From positions 8,887,539-8,951,538 of the forward strand of contig OZ316896.1 of the NCBI GenBank assembly GCA_973895155.1: a DNA stretch of 64,000 nt, written 5' to 3'. Of the stretch, positions 24,336 through 35,570 are shown in pieces (within the stretch, counting starts at the first letter, position 1; every line of letters starts with the position of its first letter). Source of the DNA: Marsupella aquatica (Eukaryota > Plantae > Marchantiophyta). The notes beneath the pieces were generated by a model, which saw only the letters and a list, made by a program, of their open reading frames with translations, was not told where the DNA came from and searched no databases. The translations under genes and the position numbers were made by a program.

Positions 24336-27099
24336 TTTTAGGACTCAAGTTTGGCAGCATTGAGATTTACCTACTTTAGACTGAGTGGCTACGGTAGTAA
24401 GGTCCAGGAATCTACGATTGATTACACACATATTCTGGACTCGCAAACGACATTGATGACCGGTAGTTCAAGATTACCGGTAGTAGATCAAAGGCAAGTC
24501 TTCAAGCCATCCATACAGCTCAATATAGAAGACTTTGAAGCTTGATGAAATCCACATCGTTGTGTCTCAGGCTGTGTTGCGCCCCATCAATAATCTGTGT
24601 GCCTACAGTGCCATTCATTACCACCGTCAGACAACAACAAAACGACATCACATCTTCTCACCTAAACTGCGTCCCCCCCGAGGACTACACTTCTCCGCTA
24701 AGGTACAGCATACCAAAGACAACTAATGCAACCATAGATTTTGCCAAGGCAAAACCTCTCCACAAGCTGGCATTGATAGACTGAGCCAAATGTAGGGCTC
24801 TAAACTATGCTTCACGCAATCAGCAGAGAGAACAATTGACACAAGCAATCCACAATTGAGTGAAAAGAGGAGTCCTCAAACGCTAATGAGTCATCAGTCT
24901 CCAAGCTTGTGACAGGCTAGCTGCCGGGCCTCTTCCTCACTTGAAGTAGAGGTAATCCTAAATCTGAAAAGTCAAGCGTATGAGAGACCGACTTTGACTC
25001 CGAGCACTTCGAATGTAAGAATCACTGAGCTCTAATAAACTTCGAATGTAGGAATCACTGAGCTCTAATAACATCTCGGACCATCATCGAGTTCACCATT
25101 ATCGTTTCCTCGTATTTCTGCAGAGCAAGTCACCAACTTGCCTAAATTGCTCAAACCATTTTCCCAATTTACGATCGACCGCGATCTATTTGTTATTGTT
25201 AATATCAACCACAGAGGTTGAAGGAACTTCATCTGGGATAAGTCTTTCCGAAGCTTCCACGTTTCTCAATTGAAATGTTCAATTAGTTCCTTGATATGTT
25301 GATACTGTAAATTCACAAATTTGATGGGGCAAGCTTCGGGGATCAATACTTGATCTGGACTTTGCTGTTTAGATGGCACACAAGAATTGTTACAATTGCT
25401 CTGTATAACGTTAGGGTCTCAATATCGTCAGTAAGTGTATGACAAACAAATCTGCGTCTGTTCTGTCTAAAATATTGAACAGGGAATTGTTGCACTGGAT
25501 GAAAATGCAACGTTGACCATTGCCTTCAAAGAAATAAAACTAAGAAGAACTTAAACCTCGGCTGAAAAGTGATCTGGTTACTGAAAACCAGCGAGTCCAG
25601 GTCTTCAATACCATCATCGAGTTGTAAATGGAGTGTTCTATATTCTGTTTCTGGAGATCAAAAGATGAAGTCCAGCTGTATTAGATTTCCTTAATCGAAT
25701 TCAGGACTTGATCCACTTTGAAGAATCTCAGCTAATGACAAGCTGCTCATTTTAACTGCACAAGCAGGCCAGGTGCAATTAAATGCACTTAAATCCTACA
25801 GAATACACTCGTAAACTGATCCAAAGGTCAGGGCTAAGCGTAGGCTTTCTCTGACCCATTCGCAGCCTTTTACTATATCCATCCACAAACGACGGACCCA
25901 TACAATTTTCCTTATTGCAGCTGGTATATCTTTCAACTAATAAAGATGATTAGAGAACCGATAGATCGCCTGTCTATTCCTCGAATCAATAAAGGTCAGG
26001 AAAGAGGAACTGGGAGTACAGACCGGAAATCTGTTGAGGGATCAACTCCTTGCCAGCCCATCTCTTTCCATTCCTCACAGACAAGGCCAGGAAGCTCACA
26101 ATTTCTAAAGGCGGCTCGCCAAAGGGCTTTCAAGGCTTCCTGCATTACAAATAACACAATGTAAATCCAAAGAAATCGTCAAAAGATAAAGGGCCAACAG
26201 GCACGTAAATCGATCTGCGACGATGCAGTGGGAGCTTATAAAAATTTGGGAGTATATGTTTGCAGAATTTAACTATATGACCAATTGGGTGATGCTTGCC
26301 TAATGGTCAGGACGAGTCCCATCCAAGGGGACAGAGAGCCGTTCTTGAAGCCGTTGCAATGTGATCTCACCTCAGCGGGTGTATTCTCATTCACTTCAGA
26401 ATATTAGATAATACAAGCCAAAAATCTCATCAGGAACCTACAAACGAGTGTAAAATCAACTTGTAATCGCTTCTACACAAATGTAGAGATTCCACTGTGA
26501 ACAGCAGAAACTGGCAAAAGTACCCGAATGAATGGAAAGCAGCAAGTAGGCAGGAAAGGTCTGTGTGTGGAGGTCTGCGGAAGGCAAAATCGACGCCCGA
26601 CCGCCAGCAAAAGTGTGACGTATTTCGAGTTCTAGAAAAGAGCCACATCGATTCAAGTCCCTCCACGACATATTCCATGGACTCGCTTCCTCTTGGGAAG
26701 TCTAATCCGTACAGTGGCATTCGAAGACTACAAAAAGAGGAGAGAAGTAGCTTGCTCTGATCCTTACTCTCAAGCAAGGAAAATAAAAAATGCTACAATA
26801 CTGTGAGTGAATTGTAAGATTATGACGGACATTTTATTCGGGGAATAACGGTCAGTTTGAATTAGGATCGTACCAGTATCACTCATATTCCGTGAACGCA
26901 GCAAAGGAAGCAACACTTGCTAAGTCGAGCGAAGGAGAAACAAAAGAATCAATATAAGAATTCATGTCAGCGCACCAGATGCGATCATTCACCAACTCGC
27001 AAAGGCCAGTATGTGCTGATACCATTTTGCTTCGAAAAAAAGACAGGGAAAGGAGGAGGATGGATACATTGTCCAGAAAAGGATTGAATCCTTACACAC

Positions 27100-27321
27100 C
27101 TTATGCCACGCCCAGAAGAAAATTGCACCGCCGGATGAGGAAGAGGAGGGCCTGAGAGACTGGGAAGCTGCAAGGTAATGAGGGCCGACGGGACAGAGCG
27201 CATTGCGAGGCGCCGCACAAGATCGAAGGTGGGACAGAAGCGCTCCGGAGGAAGCATCCCATAGCGTGACTCCTGCGTCAACGTTGGAGCACACCACCAC
27301 TGCTTCCCTCACGGTCGCCAC
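27100..27321 (-). pseudogene. RID3: Captured first exon of a RID3/IPI3/WDR18-like WD40 gene
   Basis: VVVCSNVDAGVTLWDASSG..LRSCAAPRNALCPVGPHYLAASQS..GAIFFWAWHK|gt resembles the plant RID3 N-terminus. Start codon reads GTG. No downstream WD40 exons found. Confidence 0.72.
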
Positions 27322-27825
27322 CTTGCCCCATCCACCCGCGGGTGGACGCTCCCTCCCGGTTTCTCCTCCTACCCGCCTTCAAAACCTTCAAAAAATTCTC
27401 GTCATGCTCATCATTATTGCCCTATCCGAGGTCCTTCCCTCCACATTCTTTCCTTCAAGCATAATCATCCTCTCCTCTCCTCTCCTCTCCTCTCCTCGAG
27501 GAAGCGCAAAACACACAATGAAATGTGAATCTCAACTGCACACAGCGTCCGTTTAATCCGCCCGTTCCACTGCTGAATGGGCTGGGCAGGGCTGCCTGCT
27601 TTCTGCTCGAGCCTCCTTCTGCTCCGATTTCCGCAGCGCCGCCAATCCACAGAATGATGAGAATCAAAGAATGGCGAACAGGGTATTCTCCATTGCTCCA
27701 CTACATCACTACGTTACAGCAGCAGCAGCTCGCTCCCTCTATAGTCGAGGTATTCTATGTCTACAGTGGGCCTCATCATTCTGTGGCGATCGCTCTTCCT
27801 TCATTCCTTCCTTCCTTCTTCTTCA

Positions 27826-28166
27826 CTTTCTTGTCTTTCCTTTTGCGATTTTGCCTCGCGCTCTTTTTGTCGTGCATTGGTTTTGGAGTGGCAGACATCC
27901 TACACTCGCCCCTCTTTAAGAGCACACGACAGAAGTGCGAAGCCTGGCTAATTGCAAAGCGCCCCTTTCTTCCCCTGTTTGTTTCGTGACTATTTTACAG
28001 TTTCTTGTCTTTTGTTGTGCGATTTTGCCTCGCGTTCTTTTTGACAGGCATTGGTTTTGGACGGGCAGACTTCCTACACCCTTCTTTAAGTGCACACTAT
28101 AGAAGTGCGTAGCCTGCTTAATTGCAAAGGGCCCCTTTCTTCCCTGTTTTTTCTGACTATTTTACA
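27826..28166. repeat. About 170-bp diverged tandem duplication inside the cargo
   Basis: Two copies of 'tttcttgtct..gcgattttgcctcgcg..cattggttttgga..ggcagac..agaagtgcg..taattgcaaag..cccctttcttccc..gactattttaca'. Confidence 0.85.
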
Positions 28167-29644
28167 TTGTTCTCCATCTACGCTTCTTCAGTATCAAAAA
28201 GCTACTACTCCTCATCAAATACGGTACCACGATCTCCCTTCTTGGTTCCACCCATTTTAAATATAGCTTAAAAGGTAGTATATTTGGGTAGATTTCTAGT
28301 GTCTCCTCCTTGACACAAGCCAATATATGCTTGCTTCTACAGTGCCGTTGGAAAGTTGTGAAACCCAAATTACCATTTTTTCCAAGTTCAATTCTCCATA
28401 TTTGTTTCTGACCATAAGATCTACTTAATTAGCTTGAAGGAGATCCATCACATTCTGCTAGTAGGCCTCAGACTTGGTAGGACACTAGCCAATCAGACCA
28501 AAGACTGACAGCAAAAGTGAATTTGGGCAAAAATTCCCACGAAAGGAAAGAACACCCTTGTTTATCAAGTTTTGCCAAAAACTTTTCAATCCAAGAATAT
28601 TATCATAAGCTTGGATGTGATCTCCATACAAACTTTAAAGCTCACCTGAGATTTGAACTAGAGAGTGAGTTCAATTGTCATTCTAAACTAAACTAGAACT
28701 CATAAGATCCAAACTCTCTAGTTAAAAATTGTTTTTGTAAGTATAAACCCCATACATTTGAGCATGCAAGCTTAGAAATTCAAATTTGAGCATTGGGCCA
28801 ACTCTCAACTAATTTTAGCATTTGATACATGCTCCACTAATTTTAGCCAGGAACCCACATTTGATTAATTTTAGCAGTGGACCTATGCTTGGCACGTGTG
28901 AGACGCAAACCCCCATGCGTGTGAGCATCTGCAAGGTTGTCTTTGGGGCCCTTACTCCCTAATGTGATCAGAGTTTCTTAGTGGGGATACTCATCTTGCT
29001 TACTTTACCTCACACATAATGTTGTACGTCCCCAATCTTGAATGTTTTCAAATTGGTTCAAACCCTTGCAATTTATTTTTCTTCATAGCCATTACTAAGA
29101 CATGAAGAATTTATACTAAGTTCTTCACTTTATTTTTTATTTTTTTGATCAAGGCAAGAGTACACCCGAATCATTCCAAATGAAAAAACCTGTGCCACTA
29201 TCTCTCCTCGCTCCCCATGAATTCATATTTGTTTTACTGTTAGAAAGGTTAATTGTCTCCCCGTCCCTCGATCATTAGGGTAACCGAACTAGATAGACAT
29301 CGAAACGCTTTTCGCCTCCTTCAGAGCAAAGCGAAGGCGAATGCGAAGGACTGAAGGAGAGAGTGGACATAGCTGAGGTCGTGGAGTGCGAGCACCACCG
29401 TTAGCGGGAGGCAAGCACCAGGGCGCTCGCCAAGGACGGCAGATTCACGGTGTGGCACCTCCGTCGACATTCGGGAAAGTTCCCTTCCAGCTCGGGAGAG
29501 TGAGGGTTTTATCGAGTGGGAGGGAGAGTGAGGGTTTTTCGTCTTGTTTTGGCTCATTTCGTTTCGGAAAGGGAGGTGGAACAGAAAGGGGAGGATAAGT
29601 TTCGTGGCGAATGGATTCGACGGCGTTGTGAGTCTGCTGCAACC

Positions 29645-30276
29645 ATGGCAGAGCATTTGGCCTCCATTTTTGGCACGGAGAAGGATCGAGTGAATTGCCC
29701 GTTTTACTTCAAGATTGGAGTGTGTCGGCGTGGAGATAGATGCTCCCGACTGCACAACCGTCCCACTGCGAGTCAGACGTTGCTTCTGGCAAATATGTAC
29801 CCGTCCCCCGACGCAGAATTTCATTGCGGAGTTGATCAGGATGGAAATATCCAGCAGTCTGACTGGACGTCCCGGCAGTTGGTCAGGGGCCCAATTTCCA
29901 CAATGGGACGTAGAGCACCCCGGGAGGCAGCTCTTCGCTGTGTGGTAGTTTGTCTAGACAGGATGCAACTCGTGTCCGTGCTGCTTTTTTTAAAGCCTGG
30001 AACAATCTTTAAATACTTGAATAGAAGAGAAGGGACCCGGGGTTAAATATTTACAGGACTGATTCTTTTGGAGGCTCGACCTTAAAAATTATTCACTCAT
30101 TCCCATTATCTCGAGGTGGAGGTTCATTGTTCCGCTTCGTCTGTTTTGGGGTACGCTTTTTGTCCTCAGGTATTTTGCATTGAGCCGCTCTTCATGATGT
30201 TTGTACATCTGGTTTCTCTCTCTCTATGTGGAGGACTTTTACGAGGACATTTTTGAAGAACTCAGCAAGTACGGTT
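29645..30276 (+). pseudogene. U2AF35: Captured 5' fragment of U2AF small subunit (U2AF35), interrupted and truncated
   Basis: [52 protein letters not shown] (29645-~29865), about 370 bp of unrelated DNA, then EDFYEDIFEELSKYG (30230-30275), then truncation. Confidence 0.9.
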
Positions 30277-30535
30277 GAAGAACTCAGCAAGAGCACATCA
30301 GGTTCTTATGTTCAAAACATCTTTGTCTGCCGTTACAGGTAGATTATCATCTGGAGACACCTGATCAAGGTGTCGGTGAAGGAGGCAGAGCTGATGACGA
30401 TGGCTGGCTGGAAGGTTATCCCAGAAACAAGTGGATAGCCAACAGTTATCTCCTATAGGCTGCTTGGTACGGATGCTTGTAGATAATTATATCCCATTGA
30501 TTGTGAGTGGAACTAATTAGAAACAGTTTCTCTAA

Positions 30536-32571
30536 GATCTATTCAATTTCTGTAGATCGGAAGTTTTCTCTAAAGACTGTTCTCATGCTCGCGAACCAGC
30601 TGGTATGTATCATAGGTGACAGTGGCATTCTTTATAATCCAGTTTTTCAATTCTGTTTCAAGAAATTAGTTGGAGAACTTCAAAGGTTGTTATGTCCGCG
30701 ACCTCGGATTGGCAATGGTTTCAAGGATCGCATCGAATGTTTATCGTTTTGTTCTCCATTGTAGATCAAACAGAGTGGAGTATGTGCATTCAAAGAGCTT
30801 TCTTCACCGAGACATCAAGCCGGACAATTTTCTTATGGGCCTGGGCAGGCGAGCAAATCAGGTATTCCTGGATTCCTCGGCCGTTATCCCCATTGCGTGA
30901 GCAACTATATGCTATCGCTCATTGTAAATTTCTTCGATGATCTAGACAACGGTGATGACATACATTCCTCCTGTAATTTCCTGAAGCTGTACATCATTGA
31001 CTTTGGTCTTGCCAAGAAGTATCGAGATCCATCAACTCACCAACACATTCCCTACAGGTGAGGCCTGCCGTTTCCTTTTCTAGACTTCGTTCTGTTCAGA
31101 TTCGTAGGGGTCAGAACTGCTTGTAGATGGTATGTTCATGGTATTACCGCACATTGCAGAGTTCATCTGGAGGATTGCCAGTCATAACGTGTCAATAACG
31201 AATTGAAGTTTCTCGTCGTTATTGAATTATATCATTGTCTAAACGCCTTATATTGCAGGGAAAACAAGAACCTGACTGGCACCGCAAGATACGCCAGCAT
31301 AAACACACATCTCGGCATCGGTGGGTATTCACGGTCATTTTGTTCTAGAGTCTTCTTTTCTCCTTCGATCGTATCTGAAACAGAGGCGTTCAGTTGTATA
31401 TTTCTTGATGTCTCGGGCTACCATCTTAACCATGGATTCGGTGTGTGGTATGTCCTCCTGTACTTTCTTAGAGGAAGGTGAGCCTCTCGGAGTGTTCTTG
31501 TCCTTCAACTGTGCCTTGTCATTTTTGTCTAAGTAGATTTCTCTCTGGAGTTCTTTAGTAAATCAACTATTGTCACATGTGAATTTCTTGTTCAGTCCTA
31601 TCCACGGTCGCAGTTACATTTTTTTGGAGTGGGCTTCGCCAGACGATGCTCATTGAGTACAGTCGCCGTGCCATTTTGTGGGCACCATGCGCTCTAGTAC
31701 TACCACTGTGACAACTGTGTGGACAAAATGGACGTCCTTCTGAATGTCCTAAGTTCTGACTAGTATCATTGCAGTTTGGTTGAATCCATTGCCTTTTCCG
31801 AAAAGTTTGGTTCCAACTGGTGGAATCTCAAATTTCCTACCTGTGATGGATTACGTTTCAATGATGTGATTTTTGAGCGCCTAGGTATGATCGTTTCCTT
31901 TTGGAGTTGGCAGGTTTCCAGTTTGATTATGTTTTCGACTGGACAATATTAAAGTATCAGCAATCCCAAATCGCTGGCGCTCTTCCACGATCTGTTGTAA
32001 GTATTCTCATACATGGATTGGTAGTCTGGTGCCAAGAGTCATGGTGTGTTTGTTGGGGACCTCCTTTAAGGTCATTTTACCGTATGGCTTGTTTTCAATG
32101 CAATAACATGACAGTGATTCTTTTGCAGCCTGGACTCGGAGGTACAAGCAGCGGGGCAACTGCAGTTGCAGACAGGGCTGCAGGTAGTCTAGTGAGAATG
32201 GTTCAATTTTACTATCTTGCTTCTTGGGCTCCTGGCGCTGGTTGCCATATATTCAAACTAAATGGGATTGGAGATTGATGAGCGGGAGATGCTTATTCTT
32301 CTTTGCTGTTTCTGGGGTCATGTTATGGTGTTTTTCTACAGGATCGAGGCTATGTTGGCAGTACTAAGGTTTGCTACTGACTTATGGTCCTCTGATATGT
32401 GGGGGAATAGGAGGGCAGGAAGGTCGCGAGGCACAAAAAAATGCTGATGCTGTTGAGGGTGCCCGAAGGAGGCTTACTACCAGCGCTATTGGAACAGGTG
32501 GAATGACTGCTTTGGGAGAGCCACTAAAGCATAAGAGTCCTGGGCCGGATGAGGTGACAGCAAAGGATACA
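30536..32571 (+). pseudogene. CK1: Captured intron-containing casein kinase I (CKL) fragment lacking the N-lobe and several internal exons
   Basis: Exon pieces [125 protein letters not shown]. Frameshifts near 30556 and 30769. Introns retained. Confidence 0.92.
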
Positions 32572-34746
32572 GTACGTTCTCATCTCTGTTTCAAGTAGTC
32601 TCATTATCGCCACGTCGTTTTTGTTTTGCAGTGTGAGACTGGACCTTGGAGGTATCTTGGCTTTTGACACTATATGTAGGTGTGCTATTTTTTCAATGTG
32701 AATTTCGAGAGTGGCTCCAGCTGAGAAATTTAAATAGTATAGTTTACTCCTGCATCCTGCAGTCGCTACGTATTTATCTTTGTATGGTTTGCAATGGAGA
32801 TAACTTACATGACGGAGTGATTAGACCCCTCTTCTTTCACTCTGCCTGCAGTCGCAAAATCTGGAATTGTTGATAGTCTCTTGTAAATTTCAAGATTCAC
32901 TATGGTTAATAATTTTATCCATGGTTATATTTTTTGAATTGGCATAAGGCGGGGCTACGTAAATATGTTGATGAACTTGAGACTTGTATTATTTTTTGTC
33001 TGATTAAGTTTTTTTTAATTAAAGGTTTACTTGGAGGATCGAGGTTGGACACAATCATGCTGCTCGGACATCATTCCTTTGATGATCCTGCTGTTGTTTC
33101 TTTTTGTGGGGGAGAAAGGGAAGAAACTCCGAGAAAGGGGAGGAACTCCGCGAGGGGGAGACGAACTAGGGGGAGGGAGAGGTAGGGAAGAGCAAGACTG
33201 GTAGATGAGATAGAGGAATGCGCTGATGCTCTCAATTCCCGTATTCCTTGAGGTCCGTTCTCTTCTCAGCGTCCATCGCGATTCATCTTGCATGAAGACC
33301 ACGACTCAGGTACCAGGTACGTATTTTCTCTACCCGTTGTCTAAAGTTGTAATCAACGGGAGGTTTTTGCTCCCGACGTTTCTTCATCGATATTGTACTA
33401 GCATTGTAATATAATTCTGTGCAGTACATCAGTCACATGTTCGGATCTGCTCTAGCCAACATCAAGGTAGTTGAAGGTACTAGTGCTTGTCCTTTCAAGT
33501 TTATTGGCGAACATTTGCTTGAGAACAACAGAAAATAGAGACGACCGGCCAGAGCAGAGGCCAGGGCGTGGGCCAAACGATCGGTGGTGAATATCGTGGG
33601 ATACATGCTCTGTATCTGAGCTCCAGATTTTAGTGAAGTTGTCACCTAAAACTCACTTTCAGGTTTGATTTCTGAGCCATTGATTTGATTTAAGTAGCTT
33701 TATTCACGCCTCACTCCTGCCACACCTTCAGAGCACGTTTCGATGTCGAAGCCAAATGTTGTGATTCAGTTGGCTTTACTCGGGCCTCTTGCAACCTTTG
33801 GTCACCTTCAGAGGTTCAAGTTCTTTGCCATTTTTTGTTTATTACCTTTATTCGTGCCTCGTGTGGCCTTTCCAGATCGCCGAGGAAGGATCGACGTCTT
33901 GAGCGAAGGACAGAACGCGTTTGTGCAGGAGCGGCAACTCTCGTTGTGCTGTCCCTTCTCTCACTCAGTCTTTGGGAGCGCATTCATAGAGCGTAGTAGC
34001 AGAGCGGAGGCGTAGGCGTCGTCTGCTGCGTCTGGTCATCTATTGTCGCCAAATTTTTAGGTGTTCGTAAAGAAGACTGAGAGCTCTCCCCGCTTCTCTA
34101 GGAGGGCCTGCTGATGCTCCACCGTACTGTGCAGACTTTGAAGTAGGGAGTCTACAGTCAGGCAGTTCATTTTGATACGGAAGGCCAACCAGAGTTGCAG
34201 TGCAGATATCTGTTGCTGCGTCTGATCATCTTTTGTTGCAGAATTATCAGGTGCATGTTATAATACGTCGTGCATTCATTCGTTCGTTCATCTCATGTCA
34301 TCACGCCGAACGTCGTCTCCATGTCATCAATGGGGAAAGAGAAGTAGGAAGTGCAAGACTGAATCCAATGATTTCTTGAATATTTTTGAAATTTTTTGCT
34401 GTGTCAAAGAGTCTTTTATGTCTTACTGTTCGGGTACGATTGATGGATGTGTAAGTGTGGGAGTGAATCGTTGGGTTGTCGTCATTGATGTGAGAATTTG
34501 GCTGATGCCGAAAATATGGCGCTCGATGAACTTGATCGCCAGGGAGAGAGGCGGGTGGGCTGTTAGGAAGTTCTCAGGTCGACGCATTTTTTTAAGCCCC
34601 CGCAACAAAATCTAAACTATGTCTCTACTTTCGTTCGCGACTACGATTGGTTTACTCATTTTGTCAAAGCTCAGCACAGATATCTTACCATTACAACTCT
34701 GTGTCTGTATGCGGGATTTTTGAGCATTCAGTGACGAGACGAGACG

Positions 34747-34796
34747 AGAACAGAACAGAACAGAACAGAACAGAACAGAACAGAACAGAACAGAAG
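34747..34796. repeat. (AGAAC)n microsatellite with adjacent GAGAC/GAGGC pentamer repeats
   Basis: Direct inspection. Confidence 0.95.
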
Positions 34797-35570
34797 AAGA
34801 CGAGACCAGACTACACGAGACGACGAGGCGAGGCGAGGCGAAGGGAGGCAAAGGAAAGGAAAAGGAAAGCAGCGTGTATTAGAATTACGCGTTTGGCGAG
34901 GTATGTTGCGATCTTTTATTCTACTTCGTGCGGGTGGAGGAGGATCAGTTGTTGTTTGCCTTGCGTCCGTCAAAGAGAAGAGTGAGTGGAAGAAAGGCGG
35001 AGGAGAGAAGAGAAGAGAAGAGTTTCAAACTAGTATTATGGTCGTCGTCCTCGAGCTTCTCTATTCCTCCAGAGAATCTGCTTCCTTGCTCGCTGGCTGG
35101 CCTGCAACTTTCTTCCACCAACTGCTGCTGTGCTGCATCTGCGTCCAACCTCTACCGTGCTGCATCCAGCTCCAGCTCCAGCTCCAGGCCCTGGTCCCAG
35201 AGACCCAGACCCAGTCCCAGTCCCTGCCATTGCGCAGAAGCTTGCAGATTTCTGTACCGACCAACCAATGGCCGATTTGCATCGAGCGAGACTCTGCAGG
35301 TCTGCTGAGCGGGAGTTGGAATTGGGAGTGTCGATTGTGGAAGTGGAGAGGAGTGGCGGCTGACCACGAAGGAGCAGGCAATGAGGCAAGGCAAGAGGAG
35401 ACAAGGGAGCTGCGAGCTACAGTCGGTGGAGGAAGAGAAGAGAATAGTTTTGGACAAGTGTTTAGACCTTTCTGTGATTGTGTGGTTGTTTTATCCTATG
35501 TTAGTGTGACTGTAGTTTGTAGCCAACTTTTGGACGAATATTAATCTACCTGCATTTTTTACTTCTACAG

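Noticed and set aside
25555-25625. Possible C/D snoRNA on the minus strand (ctcgATGATGG...CCGAggtt)
   Set aside because: Boxes are non-canonical, no rRNA guide is recognised, and it is better explained as a captured exon with splice sites.
28366-29260. Possible MITE within the cargo (caaattaccatttt / gaaaggttaattg)
   Set aside because: Inverted match is too weak and no TSD was found.
29516-32598. Functional U2AF35 and casein kinase I genes
   Set aside because: Truncated, frameshifted and missing exons; treated as captured fragments.
34903-35544. 213-aa ORF and overlapping ORFs
   Set aside because: GC-rich simple-repeat 5' region of the accessory gene, open in several frames, with no recognisable domain.
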